Shown: positions 38,152 through 51,260 of the stretch, in pieces
Layout: every line of letters starts with the position of its first letter
Numbering within the stretch: position 1 is the stretch's first letter
NCBI RefSeq assembly: GCF_006345805.1
Contig: NC_043005.1
Location: 71,548,001-71,612,000 of the forward strand
Length of the DNA stretch: 64,000 nucleotides
Reading direction: 5' to 3'
Origin: Octopus sinensis
Lineage: Eukaryota
Program-made: the position numbers and the translations under genes
The notes under the pieces: model-generated
Told to the model about the DNA's origin: nothing
The model's input: the letters and a program-made list of their open reading frames with translations, nothing else
Database searches by the model: none

Positions 38152-38441
38152 TGTCATGGGCACGTAAACACACCAACATCAGGTGTCAAGCGATGGTGGG
38201 AGGACAAACAAAGACACACAAGCACATACATATATATATATATACATGCATGCATATATATATATATATATATATATACAACGGGCTTCTTTCAGTTTCC
38301 ATCTACCAAATTCACTCACAAGGCTTTGGTCAGCCCAAGACTATAGTAGAAGACACTTGCCCAAGGTGCCATGCAGTGGAACTGAACCCGGAACCATATG
38401 GTTGGGAAACAAGCTTCTTACCACACACCAACTCCTGCACC
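38152..38441 (-). mobile_element. SINE family A, 3'-truncated
   Basis: Head and middle match family A. Confidence 0.75.
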
Positions 38442-38695
38442 TATATATATATATATATATATAATTATTTTACATGCGTTTTTATTTTATATTGTTTTAA
38501 TTTAAATTACTCATTAAGGATTCATTTATATTATATATATTTATATTTCCTATATTTTTATTTTTAGATTTTTATTCATTTAGCTATTTATATATTTCTT
38601 TCAATCTATCTCGGAGTCATGCTTTTATTTTCTCTTAATCCGTAATGGATTTTTGCTCAGGGTTTTTTTTTATTAAGTATTTTATCTTTTTTTAG

Positions 38696-38719
38696 CTACT
38701 CTGCTACATGGGAAACTCT
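38696..38719 (+). other. Candidate 24-nt microexon
   Basis: TTTTATCTTTTTTTAG|CTACTCTGCTACATGGGAAACTCT|GTAAGG. All three phases are open. Confidence 0.25.
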
Positions 38720-39759
38720 GTAAGGAGTGGTATTATCAGTTCAACCAAACCAATAGTGGGAATAAACCTTGGTTTGATTGACGGTATAGTACCAAGCAGC
38801 AGACTCCAAGTGAACAATCCGCTATCGGAAGCTAGATGCGATGTATTGACTTTTGCGGCTATGAAAGAACAAAAAAAAAAAAAAAAGAAAGGAAAACGAA
38901 AAATAGTAACAAAAATAATCACAAAAGGACAAAAAAAAAAGAAAAAATATCATGATTTAACACTGTTACACATTCCGTATGTGATTCCCGGCTATACAAG
39001 GAGTATTGATTATTTTGTATTGTTTTTGTTTTTTGCAAACTTCAGGGGAAAGTGATTCACTTGATATTATTATTATTATTACTACTACTACTACTACTAC
39101 TACTACTATCATCATCATAATCTTCAGTACAGTTATCTTCATCATAATCAACATCAGCAACATCAACATCATGATCATCAAGATCATTCTTGTCATCATC
39201 ATTGCCATCAACATCAACATCATCATCATCAGCAGCAGCAGCAGCAGTAGTAATGGCGGTGACAGTGGTGGTGGTGGTGGTGATGGGGGGTTTATTTTTT
39301 ATTTAAAGGGTGCAGGCAGTGAGGTGTCATGGTAATTTAGGATTCACCAAATGCATTATAAGAGAAGACAAAAAGGAGAAGGAGGGAGGGAGAGAGAGAG
39401 AGAGAGAGGGGGGGAATGGAAAGAGGGAGGAGGGTAAATAAAGAGAATCAGAAATAGTGAGAGAGAAGATGGCACATCACTTGGCTAAACTTCAATAGAG
39501 TGATAAATAATATCTTTGCAAGTTCAATTTATTGCATATATCAGTGTATACACACACACTCACACACACACACACACACACTCACACACATAAATATCTG
39601 CACATAAATATCGTGCATGTGTGTGATAGTGTGTGTGTTATTCATTGTCCAGGGCTCACCAGATCCTATCAAACAATCCAATCCATGCCAGAATGGAAAA
39701 TAGGCATTAAATGATGATGATGATGATATATACATATGTGTGTGTATGTGTGTGTAATG

Positions 39760-39802
<43 letters not shown>

Positions 39803-40018
39803 TATATATGTATATATATAAAATGTGTGTGTATATATATATACACTCACACATTTTATATATATGCATACACACATATGTACATATATAAATATACATA
39901 CTCACACACTGCATGCATATACATACACTGTGTATGTGAAGATATATATATATATCTTTGTATATGTATGTATATATATATATATCTCATATATATTCAT
40001 TTAATATGTGTATGTGTG

Positions 40019-40060
<42 letters not shown>

Positions 40061-40188
40061 TGTGACGTGTGCATTATGCCACTAAGTTTAGGTGAAAAAT
40101 GATTACAGGTGCATGGAACTTGAGTCACAAAAAATGAAACTCCATTATATCTTTGTGTATTTAAATATACACACACACATACATGCTG

Positions 40189-40226
<38 letters not shown>

Positions 40227-40256
40227 GACACACACACACATACATTTTGAATTTTA

Positions 40257-40287
<31 letters not shown>

Positions 40288-40289
40288 CC

Positions 40290-40474
40290 GTAATAATGAA
40301 GGGTGAAATTAATTAATTTGGAATAATTATCAATTACACCAAGTAGTCTTCGGCATGTAAAAGCCTCATTCGAGGACAATAGCTATAACTCTTTAAATAC
40401 CTATAACTCTTTGACTGCTATTTCTAAATTCGGTCTGTGGTAAGGCAATTCGTTGCTAAACCCTTTATTGCTTA

Positions 40475-40475
<1 letters not shown>
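40290..40475 (-). mobile_element. (TA)n-embedded element with a degenerate hammerhead-like core
   Basis: Minus strand ATTGTC CT CGAATGA GGC TTTTACAT GCC GAAG ACTAC TTG GTGT A ATT GATAAT. Stem II is GGC/GCC and both core strands are altered. (TA)n on both sides. Confidence 0.35.
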
Positions 40476-40511
<36 letters not shown>

Positions 40512-42873
40512 AACACATATGCAGACACAAACACATACATATGTATACATACACACACACATATATATATATATATTAACCATGGTTTGAAAATTCAGTA
40601 TCTGTTTTAAGCCAATTTACTAATTTACTTCAATTATGTTGAAATTTTTCTTGGCCAAGACAGCAACGTCACCGTTTCTTTCTCCCTGTCTCCTTACCAG
40701 AATACAAAGTACAGGAGCCAAAAACTTATATTGGTTTTCTAAACTCTAGCTACTATAAAGAATAGCATTCACAGATTGCCAAGTCAAGGAAGTACATGAT
40801 AATTATCCAAAGAGTCAAAGGAACATTTCTGATCATTATTGGTTGTTACACTCTTTCCAGTGTCAAGATAATTTAACTGTCATCATGTCAGCGAGTGAGC
40901 CTCCTCTGCGCAAAAGATGGCAAACTCTAACAGTCTAGCCATATGGGAATTAAGTGCCACAGGCAGCCCTTTATGGCTCATTGTATATTATGTATAAACA
41001 TCATGATTACATAAACTTAACATTTTACTGTAACACTGTAACATATTCTTTATGGTCAGATTCAGTTTATTTGAATAATTTCAGTTTCTCCCTCTCTTGT
41101 CTTTCTCTCACACACTATCTCTTACTCTTTCTGTCATTTTTCTCTCTCTGTCTCTGTCTGTCTGCCTGTCTCTTTCTCTTATTCACTAAGCCTTTCTCTT
41201 TTGATTTGTTAACGTAATATATAATGTACTTTTTCTACACACTACATAAAAGGTTTATTAATTTTTTATGTTCACTGTTGCCAATTTATGGTGACTAATA
41301 TCTTCTAAGGCCTGCTGATAAAATCTGCTTAACCTTACATATTCAATGTATTCATTCAACCTGCTAGAAATAGCAGGAAGATCTCCATCAAACCACATCC
41401 TACCATCTCAAAAATGCACACCTACTATATAATAGAGTTTTAAATACTCCTAGGCAAGACTGCTTTCTGAATAAAATTGCTTTTTAATGAAAGAAATTTC
41501 TGGGAAGAAGGATTCTTTCAAAGTTCAAGGCGGCTGTGAAGATGTCTTTTTTTAGGGGTAGGGCTTTCCTGTTTATCATGGACCCTTTCATGATTCTACA
41601 AGTTCTATTTGAACTTTTGTGGTGTAGGTGCTACCTAGAGGCAGAAAAATGGTGTTGTCTAGAGACTCAGTCTCTAAAAAGAGAGAAGATATCTTTACTC
41701 ATTTACAGCTGACCACAGTGCTGGATTTAAATGAAGAAAGACTCTAGGCTATTCCATTTGTGAGATCCCTCTCAATTTCAACCCATATAACTAGAATTAT
41801 AAACATTTTGGTCTACACCCAAGATTATGTGGCCCTAACCTTCAGTTCACCAAGTCCCTATGGTAAATCTGGCACTAGCTGTCCTACAGCTAAATAACAA
41901 CAACAACAACCTAGTAGTTAGTAGGTACTTCATTCTGCACTTACTTACCAGTGTTAAATATTAGTTTCATTTTTTGGCACAAGGCCAGCAATTTCAGGGG
42001 AGGGTGTAAATCAATTATATCGACCTCAGTGATCAACAGGTACTTGTTTTGTTGACCTCAAGGCAAAGTCGACCTCTGCAGAATTTGAACTCAGCATGTA
42101 AAGGCGGACAAAATGCTGCTAAGCATTTTGCCTGCAGTTAATGCAGAGTTTTATTTTTATTGGTTCTTGATGAATGATTCTACCATCCCTTTAGTCCTTT
42201 AGTTGATATAGTTGGTGCTGGATTTTATTTAATGCCAGGGTAAGCATTCTAAAGCAGCTCTTTGGTATATAGGTTGTTAATACAAGGACAAAGTGACGTC
42301 AATAAATTCTATTAACTTACTCTTCAAACACTTATCATTTCCACAGTTTGTAATATAATATAGCTATGACTAAATTAGCCCCGGTCTTCTTCCTCTCTTA
42401 ACTATTTTCATATCAGCCCTCCTGACTCAACCATTGTTTCTATATTACAAAGACTCTTGTTTTAAAGCATTCATATTTAAATTAAAAACCATCCATCATA
42501 AATTTTTTGAAAGATCCTTTTATCATGTTATATTCCAAACATTGGCTTTATCATGAAAAATGTTGTTTTAATAAATCCCTCTAAATTATTGATTATTAAT
42601 TTCTGATATTAATTAAAACACATAAGCAGTGTATTGCCTTAGAAATATAGCTATGGAATGGCTAAGACAGGAAAGTGTATGGCTTTTGATTCTTTGGCTG
42701 CTTTTAATGGGTTGTACAATGTAGAAGCCTTTATACTTAGTTAGAAAGCTAGAAGAGAAACAACTTCTTAGTTTTCTTTTTTTTTGTCATGCAAGCATAA
42801 AAGAGAAATGATCACCCACTGATGGATACCACTAATTAATAAAATGTGTAGTAATTAACTTGATTACTTAACA

Positions 42874-43041
42874 GTAGGAGTGGCTGTGTGGTAAGTAGCT
42901 TGCTTACCAACCACATGGTTCCGGGTTCAGTCCTACTGTGTGGCACTTTGGGCAAGTGTCTTCTACTATAGCCTCGGGCCGACCAAAGCCTTGTGAGTGG
43001 ATTTGGCAGACGGAAACTGAAAGAATCCCGTCGTATATATG

Positions 43042-43079
<38 letters not shown>

Positions 43080-43324
43080 TGTGTATATGTTTGTGTGTAT
43101 ATGCTCGTGTGTCTATGTTTGTCCCCCCCAATATCGCTTGACAACCGATGCTGGTGTGTTTACGTCCCTGTAACTTAGTGGCTTGACAAAAAGAGACTGA
43201 GAGAATAAGCACTTGGCTTACAAAGAATAAGTCTTGGGGTCGATTTGCTCGGCTAAAGGCGGTGCTCCAGCATGGCCAATGTCAAATGACTGAAGCAAGT
43301 AAAAGAGTAAAAGAGTAAAAAGAG
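42874..43324 (+). mobile_element. tRNA-derived SINE family A, full length (internal TA/CA microsatellite, (AAAGAGT)n tail)
   Basis: Pol III-like head TGGCTGTGTGGTAAG...GGTTCAGTCC, then a CORE-like TTGGGCAAGTGTCTT segment, a microsatellite and the 3' half. More than 10 copies in the window. Confidence 0.85.
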
Positions 43325-44040
43325 TGGCTGAGTTATGCAGAAAGATAGAGAGAGATATCTATGAATGAAAACCTTGGTGTGAAACTAATGCTGACTGTAA
43401 GGCATCCCTATATACTACTGATGCAACTATTCACCTTTTTTTCTCAGTCATGTTTTCTGCTATTCACTTCTTTCCCCTTTTGTGTTTAGTAGCGTGTATG
43501 GTGCATTCACTTCTGGCTTTCATTGCTGTCTTGATTTTGTTTCTTGATTTATTTCTACTTTCTGCTCCCTCTTTTACACTGTTCTGATGAGCTGTAGTGC
43601 ACCCGAACACTGAATACAATAACCTCATTATTAAATTATTATATAACAATACCACACGTTATTCTACCACTACACCAAACTAGCTCTTTGTCATATCATT
43701 ATCGATCAATACTGTGACCTGTTAGAGATGTCGCTAGTTTAGTTTAGTCCCAGGTCAGCCCAGATTGAACAGACCTATTATCATTAGTATTCCAAACATG
43801 ACCAACCTGTCTTATGCCTATGTGTTGAAAATGCAGGACCATATTATCCAATGCATCCTTTTCTAAAATTAGTAGGGTATAATTTGAGGAAGTTTTGACT
43901 TCTGATTCTAGCAGATCTAGCAGATCTTTATTACAAAATTCTTCATGATTGATGCATACTACCACACCATATCAAAGCAATAAACAAGACCATATTATAT
44001 ATCAATAATATACCATATTTATCCAGGCTATGCTATTACA

Positions 44041-44348
44041 TGTATCTATACCTGTTGGTATAGTCTATCATACTTTATAATGCATATTTAGGGGAGTCAT
44101 CATGTGGGTGTTTCGCATAGTTAAAATAACAGCCAATTCTCCCTCAACAAACCTCCTTTTTTAAAAAACAGTGAAGTACATATTAAATTATGGTTGTGTA
44201 TCTATACCTGTTGGTCTATCATACTTTATAATGGTATGTAAGGGAGACATTATATGGGTGCTTCGCATAGTAAAAATAGCAGTCAATTCTCCCTCAACAA
44301 ACCTCCTTTTTTAAAAAAAATAGTGAAGTACATATTAAATTATGGTTG
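44041..44348. repeat. Tandem duplication of a 156-bp unit
   Basis: TGTATCTATACCTGTTGGT...CATATTAAATTATGGTTG at 44041-44196 and 44197-44348, with scattered differences. Confidence 0.9.
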
Positions 44349-47307
44349 TCATTGATATTTTAAAAACTTAGGGTTAAACACAACCAACAACAACAACAAC
44401 AAAATAAATCTCTGTAGAAACCCTATCATACAATTCTTATGCAAACATCATCATTAGGAAATTCTTTCATTTTATACCATGGGATAATCACCAGAATCAA
44501 AGACTGCTAATTTACAAAGTCTATAACACTAAACTAGCATCCGACTGTGGTGGCTGTGTGCAGATCTGCCTTGCAAACTGCCAAATTGGTTATAGTGCAG
44601 AGTTTTATTCAATACCCCCTCTCTCAGAATTGGAAATCAATTCCTTGATTTGTCTGCAAATGGTTAAAGAAAGTAATAGAAGTGAGGTGAGTCATAGAAA
44701 AATCAAAGTGTTTGTGTGTATGTTACACAATTGCTGTTTATGAGTGTATGTGTGTGATATTTGTGCAAGTGAATACGTGAGTTGTGTACATGAATTTGTG
44801 TATATGTTTGTGTATGCTTTTGCTCTGTGCTTTAAAGCATATTGCTTACAAGTGAGGGTATGTTTATAGATCTGTGTGTATGCAATTTTATTTATATAAC
44901 ACACACACACACACACACACATAGCGAGTGTATGTTTATAGATTTCTATGTAATTTGATATATATATATATATCAAAAAAAAAAAAAATGGCAGTGCATC
45001 AGCATGGCCACAGCTCTGAAATGAAACTACAGAAAAATATATATATATATATAGGGGAACTATGTCTGAAAGGTTAAGAAATTTACTTCATAATCAAGTG
45101 GTCCTGGGTTCAACTCCACTAGGAGAAAATGCTATTTTCTATAGCTCCAAGGTCAACCCAAACCATAAAGGTGAAATTAGGAAGACAGAAACTGCAGTGA
45201 AGCCTATTAAATGGATCATATCTAAAATTCAAAAATGCAGGTTTGTAACAATGTGTCACATGGATTCCAACTGAGAACTATGTAATAAAGAGATGTCTGT
45301 GGAGTACCCAGCCACTTATATTCTTATTCAATGAGATTGGTAGCTCACTTAATTGAACAACTGAGAACTCCCCTCTCTGTACCTTGGTGGGGCGTCTTGA
45401 CACATATCCACCACTCTCTCACTCTTACTCTTTCCATCTCTATCTTTCTCTCCTAGCCTCACTTTCTCTCTTTTCTTCTTGTATCTATTTTATAGTAAGG
45501 CACCTATCTCTATCCCTTCTATTTCTCTTTTAACCTCTAACCAACTGGCACAAAGCCATCTCCCTCCATACACTTCCCTACACCCCAGTTGAGGGAATTT
45601 TCTTATGTCTTGCAAGTTATTTGTAACTCCAACGGTGTTGGTGCCACAAAAAAAAAAAAGCCAATACACTCCGTAAAATGGTTGGCATTAGGAAGGACAT
45701 CCAACCATAGAAAACATGCCAAAGCTGACAATGAAGATTGGCACAGCCCTGTGGCTTGCCAGATCTTGGCAAACAGTCCAATTCACACCAGTATGGAAAA
45801 CGGATATTAGATGAGGGTGATGATGATGATGATGATACCACACACACCCCCATACCCCATACACACACACAAACAAACCTATAAAACATAGAGACACGCA
45901 ATATATTATATTTATTCTGACAGAAGGCTGTAAGCTGGAAGAATGATTACCACACCAAACACAACGCTTAGCAGCATTTCTTTTGGCTTTGTGTTCTAAG
46001 TTCAAATGCCATCAATGTCCACATTGCCTTCCCTTCTTTCAGGAAAACAGGGACTAAATAAATCCAGAAATCCAGGAGAATACCTCTTTAAGCCCTCTAT
46101 GGAAATAGAAATAGAACCTAGCTAAACAAATCGTCCATTTATTACAACCGCAATCAGTATGTAGTTGTTCTTTTCTTGCGACAGGTATAATTTATAAATT
46201 CAACAGCAAGCACCTATTAAATGCAGTGTATTTATCACAGAGTATATTAGAAAAGACATAAAGAATGAGGACGCATTATCAACAATTTATTTAGCTTGTA
46301 TATGTTTCGAATAGTCTGGCGTACTGCAATACACATATTTAGTTGGTTCTTCATTTCCTTGACTAAATTACCAGAGATATAAAGTATGTAGTTGCTATGC
46401 TATTCTTTTCAAAACCAGAATACTTCTGCTGAATTTTGTTTGCATTGGGATAATGTGGAAAGAGTTGACAAGTAATAAATTCCAGTCCACAGTTTCCATT
46501 TTATTGTCCACTGTCTAGGCAAAAAGAAATATCTTTATTGGATGTTCTTAGTTAATGACAGCTAGAAGTTGTATGTATACTGTCAAGATAAAATTGTAAT
46601 TTAATCTGAAGAGTTGTTAAGTGCAACTTAATTAGTTGTAGAAGACAGAATGAATTTCTTGGAACTATAAAAGAAACTCAGTATCTACTAAGAAAAATAT
46701 GCTTATGACTGTTGGAGGAAATTTTATGAAGTCAAATTACATTAAATAAATAAATAAATAAATAAAATGAAAATATGGCATATGTACACACTCACACACA
46801 TACTGTATAAATGCATGCACATATATGCACATATACACATACACGAACTTATAACTATTTATACATATATACATACCCGCGAGCATACATATGAAAGTAT
46901 ACACACGTATATATATCTTTATGTAAACATATATATATACACTCTCACACACACATTTTAAGTATGAATACATTTGCCTATTAATCCTGATTACAGACTT
47001 ACAGTGAATTTTTTAAATTTTCAAGGGATGAATATCTCAAATTTAATTAAAGAGTGAAACAAAGTTGAAAAAGAGAAATCATTGAAACATGATACATTGA
47101 CTAAACAATAAATTTCTATATCTGTTTGTAGATGATTCAATATATCATAAATATACGTTAGTCCCTGTAAAGAAGTATATTCTATAGTAAGGCAAGTAAG
47201 AACACATAACTTATATATTCATATATTATCAGGGAATGCTAATTAAATAGTATATTTATTTGGTAAAACTTGGGAAGTTCTTTTAGAATAATGTGAGCAG
47301 TGTAATG

Positions 47308-47537
47308 TTAACCCTTTTGTTACCATATTTCTGTTCAGATGCTCTGTGTTTCTTTCAATTAATTTTAAATATAACAAAGAATTTAGTAAAATAACTTAGT
47401 TATCATTAAGTTAGTGTTAAGAACATAAATTGTGACTAAGATTTGGTGGAAGATATTAATTCAGAATTTTTGAAAAGAAGTTATTTGTACTACAGAGCTA
47501 GAGGCTGTTTCAGCCAGGTTGGTATTAAAAAGGTTAA
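47308..47537. mobile_element. piggyBac-like MITE, second family
   Basis: TTAA-CCCTTTTGTTACC ... GGTATTAAAAAGG-TTAA. A homologous copy at 9356-9700 is interrupted by a truncated family B SINE (about 9465-9575). Confidence 0.65.
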
Positions 47538-47585
47538 TTCATTATGCTTAATTATTAGGTTTGAACTGTATTTAAGGATTTACAT

Positions 47586-47960
47586 CAGTGGTTTTCAACT
47601 GGGCACCTTATGACCTCTGGGGGTTCATATAAGAATTTTGGGATTCTATGGAAGCAAAATAGAAGTGGGAGGTCAATGAAAACAATTTTGCTTTTGGATA
47701 TATTTATTGCAAGAGACAGCCTAGTTGTTTCTCTGATGCTTTATATAGTTTAACATGTTTCCAACCTCTGTATCGTGTCCTCTCAGAGGGTGTTATTGTA
47801 AACCTACAAAAGTGAATGCCTGAAAAACAAAACAGGAATTTTGAAAGAGGTATCTATAAAAAAAACTAGTTTCTAAGCATCAAATGGCTATGGGGTCCCA
47901 CCAGATTAAAATAGTAATCAAAAAGGGTCCATAAGTAAAAAGAATATTTGAGAATCATTG
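47586..47960. mobile_element. hAT (Charlie-like) MITE
   Basis: TIRs CAGTGGTTTTCAA / TTGAGAATCATTG. Internal GGG(G/T)(T/C)CCA-type repeats. The 8-bp flanks match at only 5/8. Confidence 0.5.
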
Positions 47961-49026
47961 ATCTCCTTGAGATATAAATTGCATCTAACATTCCCTCCAT
48001 TTTATGGTAGGACACTTCCTATTACAAGTCATTCAATAAAGTATCTAATATCAGTCTCTTTAAATGATGAAGAATATGAATAGGAACAAACTACTGTTCT
48101 ATTTGTTGTTAGAGAAACAGTAAACAATCTCGGATGTACATGTTTGGCAAATGACTTTAGGAACATGAGTTAAAATTAAAACAATTACATTTATTGATGA
48201 GTCAATTTAGCCAATGAAAACACACAGAGCATATCATAGTAACTATTAGAGTAGGTGCAGATGAGGCCATGTTGTTAAGAAGTTTGTTCCCCAGAAACTG
48301 AAAGAAGCCTTTCATATGTGAGTGTGTGTGCGTGCATTCGTGCATGCATGTGTGTATTTGTGTCTCTCTGTCCCAACGTCACATAATTGTGGTAAATAAA
48401 TATCATTCATTTCCAATATTCTGTGAACACATATCTGGCCATGCAGAACGTTACCTTGCTGCAAAGAGGTAGCGCTTGGCAACAGGAAGGATATCCAGCC
48501 ATAGAAAATCTGATTTGTGATTCAATAAATTCTGTCTAAAAAGTGGATGTTAAAACAATGGTGTCGATTCATTTGTTTCTAAAAAATAACATTTTATGAT
48601 AAACAACTGAAAAATTTTGTTGTATTTCTGCAACAAAGTTATTAGTTGAATTCTACAGTATCTGTTAAAAATCAGTGACTGTTGACTTTTTTTAGCCTCA
48701 AGAGATATTTCCAACCTTTTTCCTTTTTTATTTCTCTTGTTGCATTCTTTTCTTTGGTTTCCTCCAATTTTAAGCATGTTTAATATATACTCCTTTATGC
48801 ATTTCTTGTTTGGTTTTTATTTTTTGACTTTGGTCATTTGGGTCTACTGTATTATTCCTGCTTCAATTTTTGACATATTGGTCTTTAATCGCTTTCAAAT
48901 TCAATTCTATGTTTTCTCAAATACACACACACATATATACATATATACATAGATACACATACACATATATATATATAGATACACATACACATATATATAT
49001 AGATACACATGCACATATATATATGT

Positions 49027-49090
<64 letters not shown>

Positions 49091-49283
49091 ATATATATAT
49101 ATATAGAGATATATATAAAGAGATAGATGGATAGATAGATAGAAAGATAGATAGATAGATGATATATATCATCATCATCATCATCATCATCGGAGAACGG
49201 ACGTTAAACGACGATGATGATGATGATGATGATATATATCATCTATCTATCTATCTTTCTATCTATCTATCCATCTATCTCTT

Positions 49284-49371
<88 letters not shown>

Positions 49372-50619
49372 GCATATACATATATATGAATGCATATATA
49401 CATATACAAATACGCAAGGAGATATATATACATATATATATATATGTAAACACACACACACACACATATCTACTGTAATGGCATAAGTGCGTGAGGATGT
49501 AATTTTTATTTTATAATGTTATTTCTTTTCATTTAGCAAGATTATTTTTATCTTTATATATTTTTTCATCATAACAGTGTAATATATCAACTTAGCATGA
49601 ATCTAATTTTAATAGACTTGTACTATAAGCAGATATTTTAAATATACTTTCTGACAATTTATATATATAAAAAGTGAACAGTGTCTCCAAACTTTCACAA
49701 CAAAACCCCCATGAGAAGAATAAAAAAAAAAAGAAATACTATTAAAATTCTATTAATAAGTAATATTTATGAGGAAAAAAGAGAAGACAGTGATGATAAT
49801 AATAAATAATTTGAATAATAGATAAATATACAATACTTTGGGGAAGCTTAAGTGAGGAAATGAAAGCAAAAATGAATAAGAACTCACAGGTCTGTAGGTC
49901 AAACTGCAACAATACAGGAGGCCCATAGATACAAACTTCAACTAGCAAACAAATAGAAAATAAGTAATAAATAAAGGACTAACAAACACTTTAAAGGTTG
50001 TATATTATATTGACATGCTTAAAGTTGAAGGTAACTAAGAATACAAACATATGAGAGAAAATAAAAGGAGAAAGCGAAAACAATCAAAGAAATAGAATGG
50101 TAAGGAATGAACTGGAAAGAACTCCCAAAGGTTATAAAAATTGGCAGTGACTGATTCTCAACTGATGCAGTGAAATTTTGTCTATAGCCAGGTTCCAGAA
50201 GAATGAGAAAAATATTTTGACACTTCATAATAGATTGTGCTATGAAGAAATATATGAAAAGGCGATCTTATGTATTAGCTTCATATGGCTGGAGTAAGAT
50301 TTGCACAATGCAGTTGTTATATATTATATACATATATAATATAATTATATAATATATAATACACACATATATATATATACACATATTTATAAGCGTAGGA
50401 GTGGCTGTGTGGTAAGTAGCTTGCTTACCAACCACATGGTCACGTGTCAGTCCCACTATGTGGCACCTTGGGCAAGTGTCTTCTACTTTGGGCTGACCAA
50501 AGCCTTGTGAGTGGATTTGGTAGACGGAAACTCAAAGAAGCCCGTTGTATACGTGTTGTGTTTTCTCTTTGTTCATGTTTGGATTAACTATATACATATA
50601 TATATATATATTATATATA

Positions 50620-50668
<49 letters not shown>

Positions 50669-50899
50669 CATATATAAAGATTCAATCACTATAAACGAAT
50701 CATCTGAGTGATTGTTCAGTAAAAAATTGCAGAACCCTCATCCATCATCTAACGTTGGGAGAGTCCATAATATGTAATATACCTTGGACAAGGCCTTGTG
50801 CCAAAGCTTCAAGTTGCTACATGATTGTTAACTAAATTCAATCAGAGCAAAACTCCATTGAACAAATTTTTCTTATTCTTGAAATACAAACTTAATTTG

Positions 50900-51260
50900 C
50901 TGCATTGTTTAACACCACCATGTTTGTCCTTGGACGTCGTTTATAGAACTTACTTCATTTATATCTGAACTGCGTTTATATGTTGTTTCTTTCTTTGGCA
51001 ATCCACAAGTTGCGATTTTTACCCTTTCTTACATTCACCAGTCTTTGAGTTTTTGCAAAAGTGTATTATGGACATCGCCATTCTTCTTCAGATTATAACA
51101 TGAAAAAAAAATTTTTGAGTAGATGTACTCAGAACTTAAAACAAGAGCCCAGCTGGAATCAACCCCATATGTTCTTCAGTGAGATTTCACTGTAATTGCC
51201 ATTATATACACCAAAGTATTCACAAGACAACAAGAGATAAGGTGTGCATTCAATTAGCAC
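50900..51260 (-). mobile_element. Possible heavily degraded Tc1-like transposase N-terminus
   Basis: Broken frames LKKNGDVHNTLLQKLKD / KTGECKKG / GLPKKETT loosely resemble a Tc1 paired domain. Confidence 0.2.

Noticed and set aside
42874-42950. tRNA-like A/B boxes here and in other SINE heads
   Set aside because: These are SINE promoters without a complete cloverleaf. No tRNA, rRNA or snRNA gene was recognised.
43580-43625. CTGATGAG...CGAAC motif
   Set aside because: The stems are weak or out of register and likely chance.
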